DNA of 64,000 nt from Vicugna vicugna (GCA_013265495.1 MU058059.1:2579502-2643501), one strand, 5' to 3'. Counted from the stretch's first letter, positions 12,706 to 26,300 are shown. A program made the numbers and translations. The notes: generated by a model not told the origin, from the sequence alone.

Positions 12706-13869
12706 ACCACCCACCCCCACCCTCGACCTCGGACAGTCATGTTTAAAAAGCAATTTGTGAATCATTTCTGTTGCTGAGAATCAAGGCCAAAATCTTAAAA
12801 CTAATAGGTGCTTCACTGTATTATGAATGAGTGGGTCAGAGAAGAGGGTATCAGGAAAGGAAGACGTATTTTGCTGTACTTTTTAAAACAATGTGTCCTA
12901 GGTAAGTGAGATTTCAAATGGAATAGGAAGTATTTCTTGTTAGTAAAAGGTGAGCATAACTCCTCTGTTCATCCAAAACACCTCTGATTTAGAAACAGAA
13001 AGACTTGCGTCATATAACAACTGCAGTTTCATATATGAGTCAAAAATTTGTCTATTTTTATATAATGTGTCCAGATTTCTGTTAAACTGAGCGGGCCTTG
13101 AGTTCATTATCACAGTAGAATGTGCGTTATTTTCATTTCCTCCTGTCATTTTTTCCCCGATGCTGCTTTGTCTTACGTAGTGAAGTAGGAAATATGTACT
13201 GATATTAAAGCCTCCTTGTTAACTTCTAATGTTTCCTGCTAAACTCAAATTACTAATCAAATATGCTTTTGTAACAAATTAGACAGAAAATTAAAAATGC
13301 ATTACAGGATGTTATTTTTCTCATTAGTGAGCTCTTTGTCCTTTGAAAAATCCATGCTGTAATCATAGAAGGAGAAGGCCATTGAGGATAAATAGGCACT
13401 AAAGCAGTTGCATTGATTTTAAGAAAGTGCGTCACTCGTCCCAGACGTGCTGGACTTGATCCTGGGGCTGTTTGGGAAACGAGCTGCACTCTCCTGTGGG
13501 CCGTCCGCCCGCTCCCACGCCCTCAGTGGGATGTCACACGGCAGTTTCTGTTGAAGGGACTGAGCACACGAGTGTCAGGCAGTCTGTGGTACCACCACCT
13601 GAGAGGCCACCGTGGAACTAACCCTTTGGCAGTAAACAGAAAGAAAGCAACCATTGTTCCTGCTGTAAGGTGGGAGATGATCCTGCATTTTTGTCCTAAG
13701 AAGTTTCTTGTCTTAGGAATTACAGTTGTTGACGTATGATTGGCCATGGTTTAGAAGTTTGACGTTATAAAGTATGGTCGAGGTTGTTTTTAAAAAAATT
13801 TTTTCAGGCAGCGGCAATCCATGGACTTGTCTGCCATCTGTAAGTCCAAGGCCTTACTCCGTTAGCACC

Positions 13870-14005
13870 CCTTTCGGGGATGCCCCCTTCATGCAAGGAG
13901 TCTGAGCACTTCAACATTACAGGGTTCTTGAGAGGATTAAATGAGGTGATGTTTTTAAAACACTTCAGACCATACTTTGCACACACAAAATGCTACGTAA
14001 GTGTT
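13870..14005 (+). mobile_element. MIR 3' fragment
   Basis: acagggttcttgagaggattaaatgaggtgatgtttttaaaacacttcagac. Confidence 0.7.
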
Positions 14006-15189
14006 TTTTCTCGCTCTGACACTCTTCAGACTACCCATGGGAGGTTTGTGTTGTTTCTTTTCATCCGACCAGCTCTAGTCCTCTAACTTTTCCTTTGTCT
14101 CATTCTGTTCGAATCCAGTATTGCAAAAAATCTAATATGATGTGGAAAATAACTCAAGAGTTTAACAATGGTCTGTATCAATAAAATCTGAAACAGAATT
14201 CCTATGAACTCTGGTATCTCTACTGCATTTAAAAATTTGACTGCCTCTGGCTACCTGTTTTATATGTTTGCCAGTTTGGGGGGATTGGTATTATAAATAG
14301 GTAATGAACGCTACTCCAGCCCCAATTCTGTACAACAGCTCTTTAAAAAAGTGAGGTGTTTCCCATTGCCCTGAGTCCTTATTAGCTCATAATGGTTTTT
14401 ATCAGCTCTACTGAATACACCTGACCCTAAAACAAAAAGGTAAGCGAGCTTCTGTTTAGAGCCACCCTGAAAGTGCAGTTTGCAATGTAGAGACAAGTCG
14501 CCTGCTTGACTCAGTGGAGGCCGAAGTTCTCTTCACCCTTGAAGCATCTGATGCCTCTTCCCCTTTCTTAAAAGAGAGATATTTGTGATTCAAGAACCAT
14601 TTTATCATCATTCAGTCATTATGATTACGTTCGAATTTATTTTCCAGATTCTGAAAATTATCTTTCTAATCAGAATAGTGTTTTCCAATAGTTTGATCTT
14701 GGCTTAGAGGTAAATAGTGATTTGCAAATGTATTTTTTTTATTTGTTCATAAAAAAGTTTGTCTTTTTATGTTACTTTCTTGCCAGAATGACAGTGTTAT
14801 TTTGTGAAAGAAAAAAACTATAGTGTAGAATCTTGCAATGCAAAGTTTACCTTAAGAGCCAGAGATTCTGTAACTTAAAAGTAGGTTCATTTTAAATTAA
14901 CCTATTATAAGTCAACATATAATTTCCAGATCTAAGCAATGCTTTGCTCTAAATTAATTAGAAAGTACTAAATCTATCAATAATTAATAATCAATTACGG
15001 CCTAAAATACAGGATAGTATCAGGTGTCATGCACAACCTTTTGGACACATGGAATCACTCTTTGCCCCTTTGGCATGCTCCTTTGGCATAACTGTTCTAA
15101 TACTCAAATAAATACTCTGATTATGCATTACCTAAGTTGCAAACCTCACTTTCTAAGATGAGTTCTAGGATATAAGGAAAGAACATACT

Positions 15190-15330
15190 CTCTGGAGTTA
15201 AATGAGCCTAGTTCCAAATCCTAGCTCTCTCAACAACCAATTTCTTACCGTCTCTGATCCTCAGGTTGCACACCTTTCCAGAGCAAGGATGGTACCACCT
15301 TAGCTCTCGGAGTTGTTGTTGGGATTCCAT
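15190..15330 (+). mobile_element. MIR fragment
   Basis: cctagttccaaatcctagctct...tctctgatcctcaggtt...gatggtaccaccttagctctcggagttgttgttgggatt. Confidence 0.55.
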
Positions 15331-16406
15331 TGACTAGTCACAAGCACAGCCCTAATCCCTGGGGATTCCGAGGGGCCTGCCGTGGGCTCTCTTCTCTCGT
15401 GGGGTTGGCACTCTAGACGCAAGAAGACAGCACAGAATGTGTCCCCTATGGCAGGGGTGAGGACGGGTGCCAGGGAGCCTCAGGGCAGGGGCTGTGCGTG
15501 GGAGGATCAGGTAAGCCTTCAGGGAGGAGCTGACTCTCGAGCCAGGTAGCTGAATCTCAGCAGATGGACGTTGTCCAAGAGATGTAAGTGCCATGGAGCT
15601 GTGATGCAGGGGAGGTTAAGTATGTGGCAGGGACTAAACACTGAACAAGAAGGTTAAGTTCCAGGAGGGCTAGGAGGACTAAGTTGTCCTGACCTGAGGA
15701 TGAGAAGTGTGTTATGATCACAGAGGGGTGGGGTGGATGGAGCGGGAGGGAGCTTGGGGCTGGGTTGGATGATGCTATATCCACACCACAGAGTGGAGGT
15801 GTGTCCGGTAGGCAGTGAGCAGCCGTTTCAGGGACTCAGGTAGGGGGAAATGTCAGGAAGATCAGCTGCAGCGGGGAGGGTGGGTTAGCCGGTGGGGCGT
15901 GGGAGAGGGCCACAGACGAGGCGCAGCCCAGAGAGCATGCCAGCCCTGCCAGTGCTCCTTTTCTTGGGCCCCGTGAAGGTACCGCTCTCTCTTGGGGAAG
16001 GAGTCTTGTAAATGCCAGGTGCTAATTTTTATGAGAAATAGGGCCTAGAGGAACCAAAAACACTTACTTTTATTAGAAGAAACTGTATCACCTAATCAAA
16101 GTGATTGGTAACATTTACTGTTTCAAGTATTATTAAAGTCAAGACTGGGACACCAGAAATTGACAAACTAGCTTAGCAAAGTCTCTGAGCATTTACTAGA
16201 AATTACTAAGTGTGTGAATATTTTTATTTCCGTATTTTTTGTCAGTTCCACATTCACATTACTAACAGCTATTTAGTTTCACAAAACAACGTCATCTGTC
16301 ATATTAAGTTACTGCTGTTCATTTCAACATTGCTGACTGTGTGACATTCCTTATTTTTAACTTGCAAATATGTTTGTGTTTTGTAGTTGCTGAAGAGATG
16401 CAAGCC

Positions 16407-16591
16407 TTTTACTTTTTTCTTTTAATTCTTATTTTTTATTGACGTGTAGTCATTTGACAGTGTTAGTTTTAAGTGTACAGCAAAGCGATTCAGTTACACA
16501 TGTACATGTATATATAGAGATTATTTTCCATTACAGGTTATTATAAGAATTGAATATACTTCCCTGTGCTCTACAGTAAGTCCTTGTTGTT
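16407..16591 (-). mobile_element. 5'-truncated L1 3' end, copy 1 of a tandem pair
   Basis: T-rich tail then ttattgacgtgtagt...gtacagcaaagcgattcagtta...cttccctgtgctctacagtaagtccttgttgtt. Confidence 0.85.
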
Positions 16592-16783
16592 CTTTTTCTT
16601 TCTTTTTGTTTATTCTTTATTTATATATTTAACTTTTTTTTTCATTTTTATTGAAGTGTGGTCGATTTACAACATTAGTTTCAGATGTACAGCAAAGCGA
16701 TTCAGTTATACATGTAGACACGTGCATGTATTTTTTTTTCAGTTTCTTTTCCATTATAGCTCATTACAAGATACTGAACATAG
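16592..16783 (-). mobile_element. 5'-truncated L1 3' end, copy 2 of a tandem pair
   Basis: A second T-rich tail then ttattgaagtgtggtcgatttacaac...gtacagcaaagcgattcagtta...ttacaagatactgaacatag. Confidence 0.85.
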
Positions 16784-18574
16784 AAAATCCCGGTTTTCAT
16801 ACGCAGTCAACAGGTGGCAGTTTCGTTCCTCTTGCTCCAAGGAAGCTTCTGGATCTGTGTCTCTTGCTTATTTCTGCCTCCCTTTGCTGTGCTGCCCTGA
16901 CCCCGTTGCCCCGAGCCCGTGAGATGATTACACGCATCGGGAGGCGTTTGCAGCGCCTACTGGCTGATGTGGCGGGGCCTTTGCTCATGGGAGCCGGAGG
17001 GCGCGTGCTCCTCCCGGCTCCAGAAGGAACAGGAACAAATGCCCCGGGAGCTCAGCGGACGAGTGTGGCTCACTCTTGGCTGGGCCAGGGAGGGCCTGAG
17101 TTGCTTGCACCGTTTCTCCCTTTCTCTTGCCTGCTGCCCACTAAGGCACCCATGCTTGTCCCTGCCAAGGTCCCTGTCTGAGGTGGGAACTAAAGGTGAC
17201 GTGAGTGTCCTGTTTGGCGGAAGTGCCATATGTTGTGCGTGGCTTTCTCCCTAGAGGTGTGAGCAGCCCCGCCGCACTGCCCAGAAGCCCAGAAGCCATG
17301 GTCGGGGGAGGGAGCAGGCTCCCTGAACTCACTGCCCTTTGACGAGAGGAAGTTCTGCTATCTGTCCCCACGCCCTATCTGGACCTTCCATAAGCATTAA
17401 CTGTGGAATAATTTCAGTCTCAAAAAAATAATTTCAGTCTCAAATGCAGTCTCAATTGCAAACCCTGAGCGCCAATAGGTTGCAAATGCCTTGAATTCAA
17501 CAGTGTAGCGCCTCAGCAATGAATTTCAGTGGTGCTGTGTCGTTTGCTCTTGGGAACCGCTGGGGCGTCCTCGTCACGGCTGTCGATTCTGGGGAGTTCA
17601 AGGGATGCGTTTGTAGAGGTGCTCTAGGCCGAGACTGACGGCCTTCGGGAGAGAGGGACTGGGAAATCTCGACAAAGACTGACTGGTTCGACTTAGATGT
17701 GCCTCCTTTTCACTTTTTAAAAGCATTTAAAGTATTAAAACCACATCCAGGATGCTGCTTAGAGCTGTGGGCTTTCAGAGCCAGGAAGCTGCTCAGAGAG
17801 GACCCGGCGTCTTCCTCAGGTCGCAGGACCTTGTGATCCTGTTGGGGAGCAGGCGAAGCCGTGTTACGAACACTGTTTCATGTCATTCTCTTCAGCAGAT
17901 CATTTTATCAGCAGGCACTTAGAAATAGATACAATGCGAGTGCTTATGACAAGAACTTTGAGCACCCAAAAGTGCTGATGTGCCTTTGGTGTCATAAAAA
18001 ATTATTTTATTAAGTGTATTATTATCTTACGCTTGTATTGGTTACCAGTATTTGGTTTTCAGACTCTTGATTTAATTAATACTCAGTGCTTTAGTCTGTT
18101 AGGTAGCAGAACGACTGGGGAGCAGTGTTAGTTTTTCCCCCCGTATTATCGTACCCCTTTGGAGTATTTAACTGCGTCCCATTTTTTTTTCACTTCTCCA
18201 CATTTACCTAATCGTATTTTTCTGTCAGCATCAGTACTTTTTTCTGCTCAGTGAGAAGTGGTAAGACGCCTGTGAGGTTATTAGTATCTAGTTAAAATCC
18301 TTGCCCTTTGTAGCATTGCAAAGTGTTATAGGAAACTTTAGGGTTGACCCTTGGCTATTATTCACTGAGGCTTCATTTGTTCACCAAATATCTGTTGAGC
18401 AGTTTTACGTTCAAATCACCATGCTAGGATGGTGGTGAGCTGTATGGGAGAGTCCGGAGTGCACTGAGCAATGTGACAGGAGGGTGGGGTCTCAGCGGCG
18501 GGTCAGGATGTGACCTGACATCCTCAGGTTTCAGCTGAGGTGGCCGGTCAAGGGCTGGAAGGCAGGTGTCTGTT

Positions 18575-18594
18575 GGTCGGTCGGTCGGTCGGTC
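18575..18594. repeat. (GGTC)5 microsatellite
   Basis: ggtcggtcggtcggtcggtc. Confidence 0.95.
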
Positions 18595-20149
18595 TCCCAA
18601 GGAGAGGCGCCCCCTGTGGAAAAGCCGAGGGTAAGAGAAAGTGAAGCGGTGGAGGCTGGTCCTCGGAGTAAATGCAGGTAAAACCACACACAGGGAGTGA
18701 CATTCGACCGGTACTCAGGAGTATTCATTAGATTATGAATTCGATGCTGAAAGTGAGCATTGTCCTAGGCTAATCGTTATGTAAAATGTATGTAAATGTA
18801 ATAGGAAATGCAAAATGATCACACAATGATTTTCATAATTCTGCTTCTGAATATCATTCAGTACCTCAGACCTAATTAAGTGTGCAATAACTGTTTGTTG
18901 AAATGAACCTCATCTTTTTCTTGTGAGCAGAAGTCATTATCACTGAAACCTTTATAGATAAGAAACTGAGGTCTGAAATCTCCTTTTAACTAGTTGGATA
19001 TATAAGGAAGAAGCCAGGCCTAAGTGTATATTCTCATCTCTAAATAAAATTTCAATACCATGACCCGTCTAGTGCAGAAGCGTAAAAAAATACCCTACCT
19101 TTACCCTTGGATCAATCTTATTTTTTTTAGTGAGAAGAGAAATTCAGAAAGACGACTGCAAATAAGCCATTGCTGTGAACTCAGGCTTCAGCTGGAAGGT
19201 CACTATAATCTGGCGTGTCTGTACCGACTCCTTTAAAACTTGTCCTGCTCTCACCTCTCAGGGTCGCTGACACCCCCCTTTCCGCCTTTACCTTCCATCC
19301 CCGGTAGATGGGAAAGGGGTTTGGGCAGTGGGCGAGATGAGCAGGGGGATGGATGGTTACCTAGACTGTCACTCTGCAGTGTGCACAGATGTCGAATTAC
19401 AATCCCAGCCACCTGAAATTTACATTTTTGAAGAAGCTGGGAACCTTGAAGAATTATTACAAAGAATTCTCATCAAAATCAAATAAAAAGGTAACGAAGG
19501 CTGAAAAATTAATTACTAGCTAATTGATTAGAAGGAAAATGCTTGCATGGTCCAGGAGCCTGGGGCTTGCATCTGGGCTGCGCTGGTCACTACTGTGGGA
19601 CCTTGCGCCACCCTGTGGGCTCTGAGTCTTTCTTTAGTTCTGAAATTGAAGTCCAGTGCACTCCCCAGCCGTTTCAGCAGCGCTGTCATGAGAGGAAATG
19701 TAGGTGGAAAGAGAGTTCTTGGTCAACTGAAGTGCTAAGAAAAGGGTAAAACTATAATAACCGGGTTTGGCTTAACCAAACAGGTGGATAAGATTGCTGT
19801 TCAGTTTTTACTCCCTGTATTCTGTGCTTTTGGTAATTACTTAAAATTTCTAATCATTACAACCCTTTAACTTTTATGCCAACATACTTCAGTTATCACT
19901 TAAATAGGATCTACGTTATAATGGAAACCCACACTTTGACAACAATTTTATGGTAGTCGTAAGAAATGTGTGTTTGCATGAATATTCTGAGTTCATTCTG
20001 TAAGATCATCAGAGTTTTAGAGGACCTGTTGTTCCATCCAGACATCACAGTGGTGAGAACGCATCGTTGGTTGGAGGAGTTACAAATGATGGCTCTTTCT
20101 TGGGAAGGAAGCTGCGGAGGGGTTCAGCGTCGTACAGTACGCAGCCAGC

Positions 20150-20345
20150 CACAGCGTGGAGTTCGGAGATCCTGGGTTTACATCCTGGTGCTGATCTGCC
20201 CTGTGCTCCTGGGCAAGTGGGGAACTGTTCTGTCTCATTCTCCTCCTCGATTAGACGTGAGTGATAATGTCTGCCTCAGAGGGCGGCCAGGAGGTTAATG
20301 ACAGTGAGCAAAGCCCTCAGGACAGCCTCTGACACGCAGCCATCC
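20150..20345 (+). mobile_element. MIR
   Basis: ggagttcggagatcctgggtttacatcctgg...ctgggcaagt...tctgtctcattctcctc...gataatgtctgcctcagagg. Confidence 0.65.
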
Positions 20346-23300
20346 TCTGCTCGATGTGGGAAGGCTTTTCTTACTTCCTGTTGACGCTCTTCTGGTCTGT
20401 AATGATGACAGTCACTTGTAGATAACACAGGAGCCCCTTTTATTATGCCTGCATCTTAGGAAATTTTCTGGGTCCTAATAAAATATTCCTGAACCTCAGT
20501 TATGATCTGAACAGGAATAATAATTATGAGAACAAAGAGCGAGGAGTTGTTGTTACTTGGATTGAGGAGCTGTAATGTGACAGGCCCGGGCTCGGTCCTT
20601 TGTGGAGTGGTTTCCAGTCGCCCAGAGAAGGCTAGTCAGATGCCTACGCTCCGTGCGCAGATAGGGGAACTGAGGTGTGGGGTGGTTAACAGCCTTGCCC
20701 TCTCTGTGCGACACTGTGTGACCCATGGGAGGCATCCCCACCACAAACATCGTCCCTGCAGAATCTCTTTGGAGCCAACACGGTTACATTTTCCTTTGCA
20801 GATGTGGGCTTTTCTGCAAACTTAACGTCCTTTGTTGAGAAGATAACATTACGCCTCTGTTTCTAGGTTACGGTCATTGAAATCTTTGGGGCGATCTCTA
20901 ATACTTATTTCTTGGAAGTTAAAAGCAGAGCTTTTTTACAGTTGTTGTTCTCTTCATTATGGTCTGTAAGCTAAGACTTTTTTCATTTTCCTGGTCAAGC
21001 CTATCTCCATCAGAACTGGCTGGCTGTTGACCAGCAAAACGTCGAGTGCTTGAAGGACCTGGATCGAACAGATTTGTTTTCGTGTATTGAATTGTTTGAA
21101 TCAAATTCATCAGTCTGTCTTTGTTGATATGCAGGCTCTTTTTCATTTCACTATTTCTAATAGTCCCCCGTGCATAAAGAAAGAAAATGCCAGTTCTTTC
21201 AAAATGCTTATTAATAGTTTCTTAATTGTTCCCTCTTATTTACTGAAGAAATGTGACCTGTAAGGGCACCTTAGACCTTCTGGGCTACAGGTGGTTTTGT
21301 CACAGTTTTTGAATCTTCTGTCCGTTGCTAAAATTGTTTAGTGGAAGGAACTCCAAATACCTGACTTCCAACCAAAAATGTTTCCTTTTTTCACTGGGGT
21401 ACACGCAATCACAGAGACCCAAATGTCATTTGATGGGAGACCTCAGTTTCATATTACGACTTGGCTTGGTTAGGCCAAGCCAAATGATTAAGACTTACTA
21501 TGGCTGAACTGCTACAGTGCGTGTTCACAGAAGGGGCTAACTCCCTGATTACCACGACCACCAGCCTTTACCCACCTGACTGTAGGTGAGTTTCCTTGTC
21601 TTGCAAAATACTCTGGATTCCTTTACTGCCAGGGATCAGGGATCATTTTTATGAAAGTTGCTTTGAGGATAACAATGTCAGGCAGCTCTTGGAAAAGTCA
21701 TTTTGGAAACTAAGTTTGTTCTTCGAGAACCCTTGAAAAGAAGCTCCAAGAATGGCAGGGGAAGCTATTAAGGACAGAGGTATTGGAGCGTTTATACAGT
21801 GAAACTGAATTTGACTTTCTCTCGAACTCCGTTTCAAACGTGCTTTGGGGCGTGAAAGTGAAGGGCCCAGCTTCCCTTCCCCTGTTTCTCACATTTTCTT
21901 TTTTTTCAACCTACTCCCGTCTGAAGGAGTCCAGATATTAGATGGGAGCTCCAGTCTGGTGGTCCAGGCCTCCCAGGCAGGTGCACAGGCCCCCTCACCG
22001 GGGGGCGTCGCTGGGCCTTCCGTGGAGAAGGCAGAGCAGTGAGGCTGCCTGGGGACCAGGAGGCCGCAGGAGCACCCAGTGCCAAACCTAGCACCACCTC
22101 AGAAACAACACGGTACGTCGTTAGGGACCCAACCATAGTGATTACAGTGAATAGCGAAAGGAGCACTAAAATTGAGAAATTATGGACCTTATAACCTGCG
22201 GAGTGATGACGGAAGCTAGGGAAAGTAGTTCCCAGTTTGCCTGAGGGTGATCTTGGGAGAGGTGGAGGGCGCAGGTGCCTGTCCACTGTCCGCCCAGAAA
22301 GCAAGGCACCTCCGTTCTTGTTCCTCGCCCTGGCATCACAGGGGGATGTGGCCAGAACAGCCAGCCCGGCTGCCATGCCCGCAGAGCATTCTTGCCGGAG
22401 CTGGGCGGTGTGGAAGCTGTGAGGGGAGCCCTGCCACTCCTGGGGTTCCTCTGGGGGAACTCGGGGGCTTTGGGGGCAGGTCTGCTGGGACCTTGCAGTG
22501 TCTGAGCCAGAGCCTAGTCCGCTACCCTGCTTCCTCCGTCCTGTTGATGAGGGGCCGTCCTGGGCATTGGGGGTGTTTCCAGCAGTCTCTGGTGCGTCTG
22601 ATGGGAAGACGTGTTGGGACGTCGGTGGGGTTTCGTCCGCACAGGTGGCTGTAGGGAATGGAGATTGGGAAGCCAAGGACATTTTCTTTTCTGTTTGTTG
22701 TTGTTGCTTTATCTTTAATTTAGGGAGAAAGTGGGTGGCCAGAGGCAGCACAGGACAGCCTTCAGGTGGCAGTGGCAGTCGGAGCGTTTGGGCACGAGGT
22801 CCGGGGGCCAGGTGTCCTCAGGGAGGTTGATGTGGACCCCCACCCTCTTCCCCTGTGCCCCTTGCACTTTGTACAAACCTGGGGCAGCTCCTTGTCCCAG
22901 TTCTTTGTGGGAGCGACCTGTTTCTAACACCCTGAGGCTGCGCTTCCCAAGGGTGGGGACAGTCCGTGCCTCGCTCATTTTTTTCTTCCTTCTACTGCCT
23001 CGGTTTGTGCTCTGAGCAGCACCCCCTTCAGTGCACCTGCCATCTGCCTGGTGGAGTTTATATTGCAGCTCACCTGGCCAGCAGTCTTGCTGCTTTTAGG
23101 GGCTGAAAGATTCTGAATTGAATAGTATACAAACATACAATAATGAAGCTATTTAGTGTGGCTTTGATAGTATTTGGTTTCTTTAGTTTTATTCAAGTCA
23201 CCGGTGCTATTTAAGAAAAACAAGCTTTAAAAATGGTAGCTGACTGTGAATTCTAATTTTTAGAGTCATACGTTTGTTATGGAATTGCGATGATTCAATT

Positions 23301-26300
23301 ACGATAAACATCAGTGGAAAGGAGAACGTGCAGAGGAAAATGTCTTGGCTTCTTAAGAGGGGGAGAAGTCACTCTTGGAAGATGTTCCATCTCAGACCGA
23401 TTTACTCGAAATTTGGTGTCTGTTGTGAAGATGAACAACACGTGGCCTCTTACATGGCTTCTCAGCCGAGTCTGATGTTCTAGGTGTCCTTTTATTGTCC
23501 CAAACTTCCATAACTGAAGGATTTTTTTTCTTCCTGCCCTTTGTTCACAATACAGTGCTGTAATTGAGTTCATATTTCTTGCCCAGCCTTTCAGCTGTAA
23601 TTAATATTTTATTATATCAGATTTTATAACTAGCAGAGCTTCAGGGGTACAGGACCACGTGCCCAGGCCTAGCTCACACGTGCACACTTGTGCACACACG
23701 TGCAGAACACTAGTAACTCAGGGATGCTAGGCAAGCACCTTATGATGAATTACAGCCAAGAAGACATAAATTGTATTTGTGGCACCCTGAAAGTCATCCA
23801 CAGCAACCTTACCTGGACCAGAGCCAGACAAAGAGACATTAAAGTTGCCAGTATAAACTGTTCAGCCCCGCAAGTCAGTTTCTGCTGTGCGGCGTGCTAC
23901 CCAGTGCCCATTGTCTGTGTAAAACTAGTTCTCAGTCTGCATCTGTGAGCACATGAGCAGGATGTGCACGGACGGCTGCTCCCAGTACGAGTGTCACGTG
24001 AATCCTAGTCCCACTGACAAACGACTCTCCAAAAAAGCACTGAATTTCTCATCAAAAGCAAATAAAAATGTAATGAAGGCTAAAAATTAATTATTAGTTA
24101 ATTAATTAAAAGAAAATACGTGGACCAGAAGCTTGGGGTTTGCATCATGACCTTTTTTTCCCTAATTTTAACCCAGTGACAGTATTTTTATGATGTAGTT
24201 TGGTTGTACCAGGTCATTTGGATCATGAGGGTGTCATTTCAGTAAATGCTGACACGTTTAAAGAACAGGTGTGACTGAAAAAAGAACAAGAAGAAAATAA
24301 ATTCTGAATTAACACGTGTATTTTACATGCTTTGCATATAATTGATACTTTCATTTTCCCTCACCCCTGAAAGAGTTAATCTTTAAGAAAATATTCATAG
24401 TAGACTCTATTCTTTTTTTTATACCTCCTAGGGAATAGATGGTTTTTAACAAAAATTGCAAATCAAGCTAAAAGTCACTATTAGATACCATGAAATGAAC
24501 ATCATTCTAAGTCCTTGAAATGATCAGGGGTGCCAACTTTAAAGGACCAGCAAAAGCAACAGTGAAATGGATCGGTATCCCCACCTCTTTCCTCTCCTCC
24601 CTGCCTTCCTTTCTGCTATCCGGTTGGATCACTCTTCAATATTTTATGCTGTTATCAGCATAAACAGAATAAGTGGATATGAAAAATGGACTTACAACTA
24701 AGGGTTTAATCTTGAAATGAATTAGGGCACAGATTTTAAAGTCAATTTGAAATCTACAGCAGGCGTCCCCTCCAAGTCTTCGAAGTTAGAACATTTCATC
24801 ACGTTCGAACTTCGGGTTTAACAGAGTACATGAAAAATGTTCAGGTGTTCTTTTCTAGTTTATACTTCGCGTGCTCTTCTGTATAAATGCGGATTTCTCA
24901 GTCTCTTTCTAAAAGCCATAGAGTTTTGTTGTAGAAAGGCCTAGCATAAATTAAACTTTAAATTAAATTTCATTCCGTAAGGAAGTTTGGATGTGGTTAT
25001 GTCACATTTTTGGCAGATGCATCTCCACGATGGATGGTGCCTTCATACTGCAAGTGCTGCAGGAAGGTTTTATGTTACTTTAAATTCCAGAACAGTGGTG
25101 GAGGAAGGCTAGGAATGCTCTTACTAAACAAAGGGAACAAGAGTAGTACATTGAAAGGAGGAGAGAATTTTAATTCCACTCACAAAGCTAGAAACTTCTC
25201 AGTTTCCATCCTTGAGAATTTGCTTTTTTAAAATCATCCTTTAAGGAAAAACATTCAGTTAGGTTTTCAAGGCTGCATTTGAGATTACAGTTGTGGTTGG
25301 AAAGATCTTACGAAACTCATCAGTGAAATGACGTTATTCGTACAAATGAGAAGCACATTAGTCGTAAAGTTCTGTCGCGGGCCTGTTGACCTGGATGCCA
25401 ATAATGTGCTCATTTCCATCAGGGAGGCAATACCCTTTGGCAACTGGGCAGCAGATAGGATTCGGCCATTTTTCATTAGCACTTGGGCTTTGATAGAAAG
25501 GAATAGAAAAGAGCTGCTTGACCTTTCTGTGCTTCAATTATTAAAGAGCAAATAGATTTGAGGTCTGGATGCTTGCAAATCTAATTTGTCTTGTGGAGCA
25601 AGGATGAAAAGACATTTTGGGTTTGAAATTGCTCTGGTCAACTTAGTTCTTCCCTTAATGTATCTGAAGATGAGTCGATGGTAGCCATTTAAAAAGTAAT
25701 GTATCTGGAGCAGAGTATATGGTAGGACATACCAGCTGGCTGAAAGGGGGGCCCATTAAATAATCATTTCATTCTCCAATTTTCAGCTGATCCTCATAAA
25801 ACTGGTGCTTGGGAAAAATGGATTGTTTTCCTCCATATTCACTTAGATGGCATTTAAATTACAAAGCAAAATTTTCTTCCTCCGAGTATCGAATATCAGA
25901 TGTTCAAATATCATACTTTTCAAGGTAAAGCAGGACAGCCCCTGGCACGGACTAGGCACTGAAAAAAGACTTACTGAGTTAATAACTGAGTATAGTTGGG
26001 AAAAACTAGCAAAGTTGGGGGGGAGGGGAAGATGGATGGAAAGTGTGAGAGATGGAGATGAGAGAAGCGGGGTAAGATGCGGCTTCTGAGTCCCTCCAGT
26101 TCATGCTTGCTTGTGGGTTATTCTGGGTGAACTTGCCATCTCACCAGCACTCTCGTCACAGGACCTGTTTCTTGGTCGTTTCCTCCTCTGTTAGCTCTTG
26201 GGTGGTCAGGAAATGAATACAGAGTAAACTTAGGATGGCATTTTAGTAAAGCAAAGCATGTTAATGAGTATTAGTGTATTTCCTCCCCACTACTGCGTAT

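Noticed and set aside
16900-17300. Intragenic CpG island
   Set aside because: GC- and CpG-enriched by eye but short, and similar patches recur across the window. I cannot compute the observed/expected ratio, so it is not called.
17407-17455. 18-bp direct repeat with 20-bp period plus a partial third copy
   Set aside because: An ordinary small slippage duplication with no indication of function.
22205-22240. ETS (CGGAAG) plus ZNF143-like word suggesting an internal promoter
   Set aside because: The ZNF143-type match needs an insertion and a deletion, and there is no downstream exon or other promoter support.
21906-22751. 281-aa minus-strand ORF, the longest in the track
   Set aside because: GC-rich region where stops are scarce and several overlapping ORFs occur on both strands. 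The peptide is low-complexity and unrecognisable and starts at a non-ATG codon.
24781-24814. 12-bp imperfect hairpin cgaagttagaac/gttcgaacttcg; possible heat-shock element
   Set aside because: The hairpin is short with a mismatch, and the GAA/TTC spacing does not fit nGAAnnTTCn.
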